Positions 38,139 through 48,482 are shown, numbered from the stretch's first letter. The stretch is 60,011 nt of DNA from a bacterium (GCA_044868695.1 JBIOWP010000056.1:1-60011); one strand, 5' to 3'. Numbers and translations: made by a program. The notes: generated from the sequence alone by a model not told the origin.

Positions 38139-38663
38139 ATGCCTCGATGGCGAACCGTCCGAATCGCCTGCGGAATCGTCAGTCTCCTGGTCCTTGGAAT
38201 TATCTCCAGGGCCCAGGCCGACGCCAACTTGAGGGTTACCACCGACATCCGGGACGGAACAACCAATGTTCCCCTCGCAACTGAAACACATTGGAATTTG
38301 GAGTACAAGATCGCCAACGGTCTAAGCTCCGAACCCATCACCGGCGTCCGAATGGCAGATGTTATTTCCGGGAAGTTCCAGATAGACGCAGTTCTGGCCA
38401 TCACATGTGGCACCCTTACCACGGAGCCCACGGACAGACCCGAACCTGGTTCAACCAAGGTAGTCTGGCATATTGGCGCTATGGCGGTGGGTGTGTCCTG
38501 TGAACTGAGGTTCGATGTGTCAACGAATGATGGCCCTCCGCAGCAGTTCACAGAGGCAGGGGAGTTCTGTCTCAACGGCGGCGCGAACGTAAATTTCCTC
38601 AACGCGCTGGGGAATTCCGAAGCCCGGAGCGGTCCTCGGCAGTGTGTCGAGGCTGTCCCATAG
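38139..38663 (+). CDS. Secreted protein with DUF11-like Ig domain
   Basis: GGAGGT RBS, signal peptide (..AQA-D), ITGVRMADVI and VVWHIGAMAVGVSCELRFDV patterns, 4 Cys in the mature part. Confidence 0.6.
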   Translation: MPRWRTVRIACGIVSLLVLGIISRAQADANLRVTTDIRDGTTNVPLATETHWNLEYKIANGLSSEPITGVRMADVISGKFQIDAVLAITCGTLTTEPTDRPEPGSTKVVWHIGAMAVGVSCELRFDVSTNDGPPQQFTEAGEFCLNGGANVNFLNALGNSEARSGPRQCVEAVP

Positions 38664-38725
38664 CTCGGCCCCACGCCCGCCTTGATGCTTGGTGGGAGAG
38701 GGGACCAGGCGACTCGACGGTCTAT

Positions 38726-39772
38726 TTACCTTGCGGAGAACCATCCCCGCGTGATGGGCGAGGCGTTGAAGAACTGTAGGAGCATCATCCCGACTTTCTC
38801 CTGGCCCAATGGCGAAGGATGAACGCCGTCACCATCAAAGTCCTCGCGCAGCCACAACAGTCCGTCAGACCGAGGTATGGGACCATCCGCCCACAGGTAC
38901 GGACCCCAGGCGATCCACGGCGCCACCGTAGTGTAGTCCAGGTTTCCGGCTGTCGGGTTCTCCCCCTCTCCGCGCATCTGTTTGATCTGCGCCTCTACAA
39001 GCCACTTATGGGCAAAGCCGCCCTCGAAGGAGAAAGGCTCCGCCCGGACACCGGGAGATGCGTATCCTCCGTAAATGCGGCTGGATACAAAGACTAGTTG
39101 CAGGTTCGGGAATCGGATCCGCAGAGTTCTCGCCGTTTGCCCTAATTCTTGGAGCAGTACGTGCGCGTTCGCCTCAGGATTTGGGAGCGTCGCACGGCTG
39201 CCGATGCTTACGCCCTTCATCCAGACGATCTGCACCTGGGCCTCAGTCAGTCCGAACTTAGCCAGTTCACTCCTTACATTCTCGTAAGTCTCACCAGCGG
39301 GGTCTTCCCACCGGGCCGTCACCCCTCCGCCCTGCGCACCGTTGAACAATAGAAGCGACGTGTGATTGACTGCCGGTGCAGCCCAGGCTTGCCCGCCGAA
39401 AGTCCAAGGTGGACATTGTGACCAGATCCACGCGTCGCCGCAGAACTCGTGTCGGGCGTTACTCATCCCCACAGAGAGCAGAATGATCCGCCCCCCTGGA
39501 GCGGGTAGGCCCCGGATGTCGCGCGGGACCAATTGTGCTGCCTTGCGAATTCCGCCGGCGAAGTGGTCTTCAGGAATCTGATTGGTCCCATGTGGGTAAA
39601 GGCCACCCTGGTATCCCTGGTACTTGGCTGTACCAAGGTCGCTGAGCGGAACAAGAGTTTCTGCTGCGCCTGCCGGGAGCCACGCGATGCAAAGCGCGAG
39701 GAGGAGGACAGCGCAAATCCATGTCGCGACTGTTCCCCACCGCTTCTCTCGAGACCAGGGTGCGGCCGTCAT
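38726..39772 (-). CDS. Secreted SGNH/GDSL-like hydrolase-fold protein
   Basis: Signal peptide; LSVGMSNA (block I Ser), NGAQGG, DGDGVHPS (DxxH). Confidence 0.6.
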   Translation of the reverse strand: MTAAPWSREKRWGTVATWICAVLLLALCIAWLPAGAAETLVPLSDLGTAKYQGYQGGLYPHGTNQIPEDHFAGGIRKAAQLVPRDIRGLPAPGGRIILLSVGMSNARHEFCGDAWIWSQCPPWTFGGQAWAAPAVNHTSLLLFNGAQGGGVTARWEDPAGETYENVRSELAKFGLTEAQVQIVWMKGVSIGSRATLPNPEANAHVLLQELGQTARTLRIRFPNLQLVFVSSRIYGGYASPGVRAEPFSFEGGFAHKWLVEAQIKQMRGEGENPTAGNLDYTTVAPWIAWGPYLWADGPIPRSDGLLWLREDFDGDGVHPSPLGQEKVGMMLLQFFNASPITRGWFSAR

Positions 39773-39976
39773 CGGTTGACGCTCCAGTGGCTACGTGATC
39801 CAGGCGAGCGATAAGAGGGCTCTGGAGCCGCGCATGGTTTTCCGCCGCCTACACGAGCAAAGCGTCACTTGATAACGATTACGTGACGATCGTGTCACTA
39901 GGTTTATGCCCTGATGGGCGAGGCCTCGAGCGTCGAAGGTCTCACCAGGCGATTTGGGTCGGAAAGGAGGTGCGCC

Positions 39977-40159
39977 GTGCATTTGATTGTGGGAGCCCTA
40001 TCCCTTCTGTCGATTGCGGGAGGAATGGCTCTTGGCCTCCTCTGGTTTGAGCCTGCAACTCGGGCTCGAAGACCCGTTATTGGACCGCTCGCAGTGGTTC
40101 TCCTCGCCGCTTCGATTCCGCTGTTTGTGTTCGCCCTCACCCTGTCACCGCAGCCCTAG
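39977..40159 (+). CDS. Small (60 aa) two-TM membrane protein
   Basis: AAGGAGGT RBS upstream of GTG 39977; two hydrophobic segments separated by RARRP. Confidence 0.5.
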   Translation: MHLIVGALSLLSIAGGMALGLLWFEPATRARRPVIGPLAVVLLAASIPLFVFALTLSPQP

Positions 40160-42489
40160 GGCGAAGCGGGATTGAGCCGCACGACCTGACTATACGCGAC
40201 ATTGCCCCCCGTATCGAAGGTCCTCGCCCACACATACCGGCTCTGCGCCGACGTGGCCTGCCACGACCAAGCCGCTTCATATGGTGGAGCGTCGAGGCGC
40301 TTCAGGAGAACTCCGTTGACAAAAAACTCCGTCGCTACGATTCCGCGATCGTCGCGACTTCGGGCGCTGATAATCGCGGAGGGCAGCCGCTGCCCAGTTG
40401 GTCGGACGTCGATCTCGATGCTTGGTGGGTAGTCCCAGGATCGCTGGATCGGCGCGACCCGGCCGTCAAAGGCCGCGACCAGTGGGCCTGTATCGGCTCG
40501 ATCCTTGCGCCATATTCGAAACGATGCGGGCAAACCTTGGACCGGAGGCTGCCAATCCAGCACCTCGAACCAGGTGTTCGCATTCCTGTGCCACCCGAAA
40601 TCTACGGGCCGCTGGGAGAGGAATGATGGCCTAGCAAAAACGACGTAGTTCGCGGAGCATTTCCTGGAACTGGGGGTGCTCTCATCCTCACGCGATTCGC
40701 ACGCCCGGTGGTCCTGAGAGGCATCCGCGACAGTGTGATCCTGGAATCTCGTGGTCACGATCAACGTCGGATCCGCCGGATTGCTTGGAAGCGAATGCCT
40801 GTGAAAGAAGACGCCGTAGGGAGATCCTCGCAGCGCGCTGTCCTGGATCCAGCCCCGCACGACCCAGACGGCAATATTGCTTTCGGCGTGCTCACGGAGT
40901 TGGGCCCGGAATATCCGTATCCGATGGTCGTAAGCGCCCAGGACTATCCCCGATCTCCCGTTCCGCCAGGCATTGAACCCGACCACGTCCAGTACCGGCT
41001 TGGAGTTGATCCAAGTCAACAGGCCGTCGTCATCGTTCCCGTGCGCTTCATTTGCCACCATGGTCAACGGGACCGCATCCGCGGAAAACGGTGCGGACGA
41101 CGTGATGCGGAACCCGGCGTTGTGCTTTCCGCCGTTGGATCCAACGGCCACATTATCGATGAGCACCGTGTTCAGAGAGGAGATCCAGAATAGGGCCACG
41201 TTGGGTCGATCCAACGAGGCTGTTCGCCAGAAACCCTTTGCCGCGAAGTTGTGGATGAAGAGGTTGTCAAGATTATGAAAGGGCAGTGCTCGGACCCGTG
41301 TCCTCTTCCGAGCTTGCGGGTCTGCCGTGTCTGGCGGCAACTGCGGTTGACCGGGCTGGGCCGCTGGACGTTCTCGCGCGCGGCTTGATTGAGTAGGTTC
41401 TCCCGCGATACTCTCGAGGAAAAATCCGCTTCCTGCCACATCGTACCCGACCGTGTCCTCGATGGTGATGGCGTTCGAGCCGTGGATATTCAGGAAGTGG
41501 TTGTCAGACCGCCAGATCGATGCGCCCCGCACGTACATGCCCCGCGAGCTATCCGCCATGAGATGGAAGTGTATCGGGTATCGTCCAAGGACGCCAAGAG
41601 TACCGAGATCCCTGAACTCGCCATACGCGATGCTGCCGTCTGCGCCGTGCATGTACATTGTATGGGTCTTTGCCCGCGTCGGATACTTGCTGGAGATTCG
41701 AACGTTGCGGGTCAAGAGGGCAACCTCCCCGGCAAACTCCGCGCTGCCGTCGTGTGCGCGTTCGAGCGGGCGGGAGAGGCGTACTGCGTGCAGGCCATTA
41801 GGCAGCCGCCAGGTACTCTCCACCTTGCGCTCCTCAAAGTCAGGAGCCTCTGGTCTGACGCTCGTTGGAGTCACGACAATGTCCGCCCCTCGCGGCCAGT
41901 CGGAGAGGTCCCCGCGGACCACCAGCTGGGTGTCCCCGGCCTTGGCGGGCCGGGCGAGCTTCACCCAGGTGTGTCGAATTGGAGCGCCGTGGACCTCCCA
42001 GCGACCTCCGTGGAAGACCCAGATCCCCACGTCCTCAGGCTGGAAGTCGCCACCGCCCTTAAATACGGCACCTTCGGGGACTACCAGGCGGATCTCCGCG
42101 GTCACCGATCGCGGGATCGGGCGACGCGCAGTGCCGAGTTCCAAGGCACCTCCTTCACGAATCACGATGTTCCCCGAATCCATCCGGCTCGACTGCTCTC
42201 GGGAGAAGTACAGGGCGCCGTGTATTTCAACCGAAGCCAATTCACGATCTGACACGAGGTCGTAGGTTACGGTTGTGCCTTTTGTGATCCTCACCGTCGC
42301 ACCTTGCAGTGGAACGCCCTGCGGCTCCCACACGCTCGGATCCGACCACCGGCCATCTCGAACGCTGACCGAGCGTGGTGGGTTATCCTCCGCAGCGGCG
42401 CCAAGTCCGCCGAGGTCGCCACCTCTCATGATCGCGAAGGCGAGAACAATCGCTAACGCCATTCGCAGAGACCAAAGGCCCATGTGCAT
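40156..42489 (-). CDS. Secreted G8-domain / right-handed beta-helix protein with C-terminal Ig-like domain (CEMIP/TMEM2/fibrocystin-like architecture)
   Basis: Signal peptide; GRWSDPSVW..GVP G8 start, EVALLTRNVRI, LGRYPIHFHL, PbH1-like repeats, VATEFFVNG..APPY..W Ig tail. Confidence 0.8.
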   Translation of the reverse strand: MHMGLWSLRMALAIVLAFAIMRGGDLGGLGAAAEDNPPRSVSVRDGRWSDPSVWEPQGVPLQGATVRITKGTTVTYDLVSDRELASVEIHGALYFSREQSSRMDSGNIVIREGGALELGTARRPIPRSVTAEIRLVVPEGAVFKGGGDFQPEDVGIWVFHGGRWEVHGAPIRHTWVKLARPAKAGDTQLVVRGDLSDWPRGADIVVTPTSVRPEAPDFEERKVESTWRLPNGLHAVRLSRPLERAHDGSAEFAGEVALLTRNVRISSKYPTRAKTHTMYMHGADGSIAYGEFRDLGTLGVLGRYPIHFHLMADSSRGMYVRGASIWRSDNHFLNIHGSNAITIEDTVGYDVAGSGFFLESIAGEPTQSSRARERPAAQPGQPQLPPDTADPQARKRTRVRALPFHNLDNLFIHNFAAKGFWRTASLDRPNVALFWISSLNTVLIDNVAVGSNGGKHNAGFRITSSAPFSADAVPLTMVANEAHGNDDDGLLTWINSKPVLDVVGFNAWRNGRSGIVLGAYDHRIRIFRAQLREHAESNIAVWVVRGWIQDSALRGSPYGVFFHRHSLPSNPADPTLIVTTRFQDHTVADASQDHRACESREDESTPSSRKCSANYVVFARPSFLSQRPVDFGWHRNANTWFEVLDWQPPVQGLPASFRIWRKDRADTGPLVAAFDGRVAPIQRSWDYPPSIEIDVRPTGQRLPSAIISARSRDDRGIVATEFFVNGVLLKRLDAPPYEAAWSWQATSAQSRYVWARTFDTGGNVAYSQVVRLNPASP

Positions 42490-43202
42490 ACTGTAGCAAA
42501 ATCCGACAGACCGCATGATGCATTGCGGCGTATTACCGACTCGCGCAACCTGCTCCGGTAAGAACGTCGAGGTGATACAGCGCTTCTTTGCGCCGCGCGA
42601 CGCGGTGATGGGTACTGCGGACACCCCAGCCGCGCGCAACATGACGCGTGATCGCCGAAGTACTCCTAACTAGCTGGCCTTGCTGCGAAGGACCCGCGAC
42701 GGGATCTTTGTATTTCTCCGGGCTTGCCGGCGGACGGTCGAGCGACTCCGCCCCGTCAGCCGTCTTGCTCGACGGCCTCAAGATACCGCGTTCAGGAAAC
42801 AATCCTGACCAAGGGCAATCCTTCGGCCGCCATCGACTGTGCGCGCCGGAAGTACATCTCATGCCGTGCCGTGCCGCGGTCTATCGTTCGGACAACCCCT
42901 TCCATCCTTTGATGGATCGACAGGAAGTTCGGTCCGTCTATAGAGTATTGACATTCTACTCGTCATGCCCGTGGAGGGGCGCATGCCTACCAACAAGAAC
43001 CTCGCCTCATCGGAGCCGGCGTAATGGGCGAGGCCATCATTCGCGGGTACTGGCCCACAACGCGGTCGCGCCTTCAGCGATCGTGGCGAGTCATCCTCGA
43101 CCGGCTCGCCTCGCAGAGCCTATCGCACGATACCAAGTCCGGACAGCGGTCGGGAGACGCATGACAATTACGCCCGACATCTCCAGGTAGAAATCTCGAA
43201 AA

Positions 43203-43955
43203 ATGGATCTCATCTACACGCTGTTGGGGCTCCTAGCGGGTATCCTGACGGGCATCACCGGCATGGGGGCTACGTCGATCATGACGCCATTCCTCGTCAT
43301 CTTCGGCGTGCGGCCCGTGGTTGCGGTCGGTGCCAACCTCGTCTACAGCGCGCTGACGAAGTTCATTGGTGCGTGGGTGCACTGGCATCAGGGGACGGTC
43401 GATCGCACCGTCGTGCGACGGCTGGCGTGGAGCAGTATTCCCGGCGGCCTCCTGGGTCCGGTCGTCGTGGTCGCCTTGGTGCGGGCCGGGTTCGATCCCG
43501 ATGAGTATGTCCGGCGAACGATGGGGATCGTGCTGTTGGTGCTCGCCTCTCTGTTTTTCCTGCGGGGCCTCGGCGTCCGCGGGCTGCGGCGGCGCGTGAG
43601 CCCCGCGATGCTGCAGAGCTTCCTCCCGGCGTGGGGGGCGCTCGGGGGGCTGGCGGTGGGCGTGACGTCTATTGGGAGCGGATCATTGATCACGCCGTAC
43701 CTGATGGGTGCCTATCCGAACACCCCCGCCACCGTCATTGGCACGAGCCTGTTGCACGCGGCGATTCTGACCGGCGTGACTGGCGCGACCTATGCGGGCA
43801 TCGGGGCCGTGGACTGGCGAATCGTAGGAACCCTCCTCCTAGGGGCCGTTCCCGGAGTCCTACTCGGGAGTCATGTCGCGCCCCACTTGCCGGTACGCGC
43901 TGTGCGACTCGGATTGGCGGCGGCGCTGCTGGTCTCAGGCGTGAAACTGATCTGA
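43203..43955 (+). CDS. Sulfite exporter TauE/SafE family protein
   Basis: GILTGITGMGATSIMTP, AVGANL, GVTSIGSGSL, IGTSLLHA, GAVPGVLLGS. Confidence 0.9.
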   Translation: MDLIYTLLGLLAGILTGITGMGATSIMTPFLVIFGVRPVVAVGANLVYSALTKFIGAWVHWHQGTVDRTVVRRLAWSSIPGGLLGPVVVVALVRAGFDPDEYVRRTMGIVLLVLASLFFLRGLGVRGLRRRVSPAMLQSFLPAWGALGGLAVGVTSIGSGSLITPYLMGAYPNTPATVIGTSLLHAAILTGVTGATYAGIGAVDWRIVGTLLLGAVPGVLLGSHVAPHLPVRAVRLGLAAALLVSGVKLI

Positions 43956-44130
43956 ATCCATGGATATGGTCGCAGAGTTTCGACTCGCTGAAGGATCTCT
44001 GCAGTAACGGTGCCCCATGTCCCAATCGCAGGCATGCAGCGGACTTTGGGGCTTGATGCACCGGTGCACTAGACGCCAATGCGCAGTTGCGTTGCAACCC
44101 TGAGATCAAGGATGGACTCTGCTCACTAAC

Positions 44131-45486
44131 ATGTCGAAAAGACTTCTGGTCATCGGTCTGGACTGCGTTCCGCCGGAGTTTGTCTTCCAGCGGTTCGAGT
44201 TACCCAACCTGCGCAGGTTGATGCGGCAGGGGTCCTATGGCCGCTTGGAGAGTATCACCCCACCCATTACCGTGCCGGCGTGGGCGTGCATGATGACGGG
44301 GAAAGATCCCGGCGCGCTGGGCATCTATGGATTTCGCAACCGAGGCGACTACACGTACGATCACCTCAACATTGTCACAAGCCAGGCGGTCAGAGAGCCC
44401 GCCATCTGGGACCGGTTGGGTGCGGCCGGCAAGCGATCTATCGTGGTGGGAGTTCCTCCATCTTATCCTCCGAAGTCAATTCAAGGAGCGATGGTCGGGT
44501 GCTTCCTTACGCCCAGTCCGGCATCGGAATACACGTGGCCGGCGGCACTTAAGGCAGAACTGGAAACACACTTCGGCGAGTATCAGTTCGATGTCACTGA
44601 CTTCCGCACGGACGATAAAGGCGCGCTGCTGAAACGGATCTTTGCGGCCAGCGAGCAGAAGTTCGCCATCGTTCGTCATTTGCTGACGACAAAGCCGTGG
44701 GATTTCTTCGCCTTCGTAGACATCGCGCCGGATCGGCTGCACCACGGCTTCTGGAAGTACTGGGATACGAAGCACATCAAGCACAAGCCCGGTAACCCAT
44801 TCGAGGGAGCATTCGAAGAGTACTACGCTCTTCTCGATCGCGAGATTGGTCGCGTGCTGGAGCTGGTGGATGCGGAGACAGCCATCTTGGTGGTCTCTGA
44901 TCACGGTGCCAAGAGGATGGATGGCGCCATCTGCGTCAACGAGTGGCTGCAACGAGAAGGCTATCTGACATTGCGCGAGGCGCCGCAGCGCATCCAGCGG
45001 CTGGAACCGTCAATGATAGACTGGCGACGCACGGCTGCCTGGGGAGAAGGCGGTTACTACAGCCGCATCTTTCTCAATGTTGCGGGCCGTGAGCCCGAGG
45101 GGATTGTGGAAAGCAACGCCTGCGAGCAGCTGCGCGATGAGCTCATTCAGGGTCTGGAATCCCTCGGGGACGAGCAAGGCCAGCCCATCGGGACCCGAGT
45201 CTTCCGGCCCGAAGATCTGTACCCCGTTCGTCGCGCCATTCCGCCTGATCTCATTGCGATATTCGGTGATCTGTACTGGCGAAGCGCCGGCAGCGTTGGA
45301 TTTCATTCAGTCTGGACGCGCGAGAATGACACCGGACCGGATGACGCCAACCACGCCCTCCACGGGATGTTCATCGCCACGGGCCTGCCGCTGCCGGCGG
45401 GCGAGGTGACAGGGTTGAGATTACTCGACATCGCGTCGGTGCTGGCAGGGTACCTGGGGCTTGATCCGTCGGGGGAGGCGTCATGA
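44131..45486 (+). CDS. Alkaline phosphatase superfamily, type I phosphodiesterase/nucleotide pyrophosphatase
   Basis: LVIGLDC, PPITVPAW (Thr nucleophile), TGKDPG, DRLHH, VSDHG, DDANH. Confidence 0.88.
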   Translation: MSKRLLVIGLDCVPPEFVFQRFELPNLRRLMRQGSYGRLESITPPITVPAWACMMTGKDPGALGIYGFRNRGDYTYDHLNIVTSQAVREPAIWDRLGAAGKRSIVVGVPPSYPPKSIQGAMVGCFLTPSPASEYTWPAALKAELETHFGEYQFDVTDFRTDDKGALLKRIFAASEQKFAIVRHLLTTKPWDFFAFVDIAPDRLHHGFWKYWDTKHIKHKPGNPFEGAFEEYYALLDREIGRVLELVDAETAILVVSDHGAKRMDGAICVNEWLQREGYLTLREAPQRIQRLEPSMIDWRRTAAWGEGGYYSRIFLNVAGREPEGIVESNACEQLRDELIQGLESLGDEQGQPIGTRVFRPEDLYPVRRAIPPDLIAIFGDLYWRSAGSVGFHSVWTRENDTGPDDANHALHGMFIATGLPLPAGEVTGLRLLDIASVLAGYLGLDPSGEAS

Positions 45487-45505
45487 TGGATGGGAAGGTG
45501 GACTC

Positions 45506-46525
45506 TTGAAACGCGTCCTGGTCACCGGAGGGGCCGGTTTCATCGGTGCTCACCTCGTAAGGGCACTGCTGCGTCGGGGGGTTGAAGTGTGTGTGCTGGA
45601 TAATCTGGTCACGGGAACTCCGGAGAACCTGAGTCAGGCGCTGGACATTCCGCTTCCCCGCGTAAACATGACGCTGGCACAGGCCCGCGCCAGGCTCACG
45701 CCGCTCACCGACGCCTGTCAAGTGGTCGTAAGCGATGTCCGGGACTCGCGAGCGGTGGCCCACGCCTGCGAAGGGGCCGACGTGGTCTTCCACCAGGCCG
45801 CCCTGCGGTCCGTACCCCGGTCAGTCGTCGATCCCTTCGGTACACACGATGTGAACGCGACAGGGACGCTCCGGATCCTTGAAGCAGCGCGGGCGGCCGG
45901 CGTGCGACGGGTCGTGTTCGCGTCGTCCTCGTCTGTCTACGGCGACACCCGAGTCCCCGCCCAAGAGGGCCAGATGCCTCGGCCGAAATCCCCTTATGCC
46001 GCCAGCAAGTTAGCAGCAGAAGCCTATTGCACCGTGTATAGTGCAGTGTTCGGGCTCTCCACCATCGCGCTGCGATACTTCAACGTCTTCGGGCCCTGGC
46101 AGGATCCCGCGTCGGAATATGCAGCCGTGATTCCAAGATTCATCCGGCTGGCGCTGCAGGGTGATCCGGTCCCCGTTTACGGGGATGGCCTGCAGTCGAG
46201 AGATTTCACCTACATCGACAATGTCGTGGAGGCAAATCTGGCCGCGGCAGATGCGGCGGCCGCGGGGATCGCCCTCAATATCGGGGCCGGGAGGCGGCAC
46301 ACGCTGCTTGATCTCATCGTCCATCTCGAACGCATTCTCGGCCGGCGGATCACCAGGGCCCACGAGCCGATGCGTGCCGGGGACGTGCGGCACACAGAGG
46401 CTGACCTCTCGCTCGCTCGGCAGGCGATCGGGTACGAGCCTCGGGTCGACTTTGAAACGGGTCTGCGGTGGACGATCGAGGCCATGCGCGGCGCCCCTGC
46501 CGCTTCCCTTTCGGCCCAGCATTGA
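45506..46525 (+). CDS. NAD-dependent epimerase (WbpP/TviC-like UDP-HexNAc(A) 4-epimerase)
   Basis: VLVTGGAGFIG, HQAALRSVPRS, ASSSSVYG, SPYAASK, LRYFNVFGPWQDP..EYAAVIP, GDGLQSRDF. Confidence 0.9.
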   Translation: MKRVLVTGGAGFIGAHLVRALLRRGVEVCVLDNLVTGTPENLSQALDIPLPRVNMTLAQARARLTPLTDACQVVVSDVRDSRAVAHACEGADVVFHQAALRSVPRSVVDPFGTHDVNATGTLRILEAARAAGVRRVVFASSSSVYGDTRVPAQEGQMPRPKSPYAASKLAAEAYCTVYSAVFGLSTIALRYFNVFGPWQDPASEYAAVIPRFIRLALQGDPVPVYGDGLQSRDFTYIDNVVEANLAAADAAAAGIALNIGAGRRHTLLDLIVHLERILGRRITRAHEPMRAGDVRHTEADLSLARQAIGYEPRVDFETGLRWTIEAMRGAPAASLSAQH

Positions 46526-46566
46526 GAGGGATCCTTGACCCCGACAGCCGTTCCGCCAACTCCTGC

Positions 46567-48006
46567 CTAAGGGGAGTTGCGTAGGGCCGTCCTCTGCGGG
46601 TGTGATTCCTCAGAGAGGAGCGCGGGGCTTGGCAGGTACGCTCCCATGGCGGTGAGCCGTTCCTGCAGTTGGGCGATGAGCTCGCGATTCCCCGCTAGGC
46701 GCACCGGGGAGACGCCGGCGCGGACGGCCAGGGCCGCCGCTTCTCCGGCCGCCTCACCCATCGCCATGCCGGTCGGGATGATGCGCAGCGACCCCGCCGC
46801 GGTGTAGGAAGCGCCCACGGCCTTACCGACGACCATCAGACGGTCGACGCTCCGGGGCACCAGGATGCGGAACGGGATGGCGTACACCCGGCGGATCGCG
46901 GCGTAGGGGTTCATCTGGCCCGGTTCGTAGGGATGCAGGTCGATGGGATAGGAGGCCACGGCGATCCGGTCCCAGAAGTCGCGCCCATCGAGGATGTCTC
47001 GTCCGGTCATGCGGTACAGCCCGGTGGTGTGGCGCGTTTCGCGCACGTACAGGTGCGGCGCCGCCCCTACCAGACGCGCGTTCTCGAATCCCGGCGCGCG
47101 CGCCCTGAGAAATTCGACAATTCGGGGCAGTTCCGCCACGGCCGCCGCCCTGCCTGCGGTGAGCGAGCGTGGGCTGGTGCCGTCCACGTCGTAGATGTGC
47201 AGAGAGTTGATCAGGACGATGCCGTCGGTTTGCCATCCCAGGTTCAGGTCGAACACCGCGAGGCGCGGATTCCGCGCCCGATAGTGGCTGACGATGTCGC
47301 CGTAGCCCCACACGTACCGGTCGCTGACGCCCCCGACCCCGCGGGGTTTCTCCGAGGTGAGCACGTAGCGGGTGACGGCGCGATAGCTCACACCGGCAAG
47401 GCGGTAGATGAGCGTGGCGGACTGCATGCGACGGTCCATCCCGCTTTCCTCGCGTCCGATCGTGAAGGGGACGCGGCTGGCCGCAGCCACCGCGGCGTCG
47501 TCGGTCGCGTCGATGATTAATCGGGCGTTCACCACGTGGCGAACCCCGTCGTCGGTGACGAACTGCACCCCGGTCAGCGTGCGTCCCCGCAGGACCGGTG
47601 CCCCGATGCGCAGCCGCCTCGCCACTGTCAGTGTCGGCTGCGCGCGGACCAGGGCGTCGAGTGTTGACTGGGCGAGGCTGATGTCGAAGGTCTGGCCGAG
47701 CGTGCGGTAGACGTCAGCAAAGATCCCGCGGGTGAGCAGCTGACCGGACGGGCCGCGGTTGAGATCGAGCATGTTGAGCCAGGAGAGCGTCATGTCGCCG
47801 CCGATCTGTTCGCGCGGCTCCACCAGCAGCGTCGTCATCCCGGCCCGCGCCGCCGCGACCGCCGCCGCAATCCCCGCGGTCGTGCCCCCGACCACCAGGA
47901 CCTGAACCTGCGCGGGAACGACCGGCCGGGCCGCCCCCACGGGCGGAATGACCGCGATGGAGAGCAGCAGGCAGGTAAGGATGACGTGGACCAGGCGCTT
48001 GTGCAT
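46567..48006 (-). CDS. FAD-dependent oxidoreductase with N-terminal signal peptide
   Basis: VLVVGGTTAGIAAAVAAAR, IDATDD, LYVRETRH, YPIDLH, IPFRILVP, GSLRIIP..MAMGEAAG. Confidence 0.88.
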   Translation of the reverse strand: MHKRLVHVILTCLLLSIAVIPPVGAARPVVPAQVQVLVVGGTTAGIAAAVAAARAGMTTLLVEPREQIGGDMTLSWLNMLDLNRGPSGQLLTRGIFADVYRTLGQTFDISLAQSTLDALVRAQPTLTVARRLRIGAPVLRGRTLTGVQFVTDDGVRHVVNARLIIDATDDAAVAAASRVPFTIGREESGMDRRMQSATLIYRLAGVSYRAVTRYVLTSEKPRGVGGVSDRYVWGYGDIVSHYRARNPRLAVFDLNLGWQTDGIVLINSLHIYDVDGTSPRSLTAGRAAAVAELPRIVEFLRARAPGFENARLVGAAPHLYVRETRHTTGLYRMTGRDILDGRDFWDRIAVASYPIDLHPYEPGQMNPYAAIRRVYAIPFRILVPRSVDRLMVVGKAVGASYTAAGSLRIIPTGMAMGEAAGEAAALAVRAGVSPVRLAGNRELIAQLQERLTAMGAYLPSPALLSEESHPQRTALRNSP

Positions 48007-48215
48007 TGAGCCGGATCGTCTCCGGTGTCTCTAGTCGTATGTGCGCGTCGCAGCTGTGCACGGTTCCCACACACGCCAGGCAAGCCTACTTCCCGATATG
48101 CCCGCCCCTGCCCGATTCAGTCCCCGCGGGTCGAATTTCGGACTCCTCCGGGCCGCCCCGCACCGTATAATGGAATAGGACGCGGGATGCATGCCCGCAG
48201 AAGGAGGGGCACACG

Positions 48216-48482
48216 ATGGGAGATCGGAGCGGGTTCATGGCTGGGTTGTTTGTTGGGACCCTGATCGGGGTGGGACTGGGGATCCTGCTGGCGCCGCGGC
48301 CGGGTCAGGAGACGCGCGAGCAGCTCAAGGGAAGAGCGCAGGATGTCTCGGAGCGCCTCAAGTCCACGGCGGCGGAAGTGGGGGGCCGCATGCGCGAAGG
48401 CGCAGACGACGTTACCTCCAAACTCCGCGAGACGCTTGAGCGGAAGGACGACATCTTGAACCGGCTGGGGCGCGACGGCTAA
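48216..48482 (+). CDS. YtxH-domain protein
   Basis: GFMAGLFVG..IG..LGILLAPRPGQETREQL; AAGGAGG RBS; TATAAT at 48166-48171. Confidence 0.9.
   Translation: MGDRSGFMAGLFVGTLIGVGLGILLAPRPGQETREQLKGRAQDVSERLKSTAAEVGGRMREGADDVTSKLRETLERKDDILNRLGRDG

Noticed and set aside
42648..43190. 180-aa ORF upstream of tauE
   Set aside because: No RBS, motif or protein-like composition
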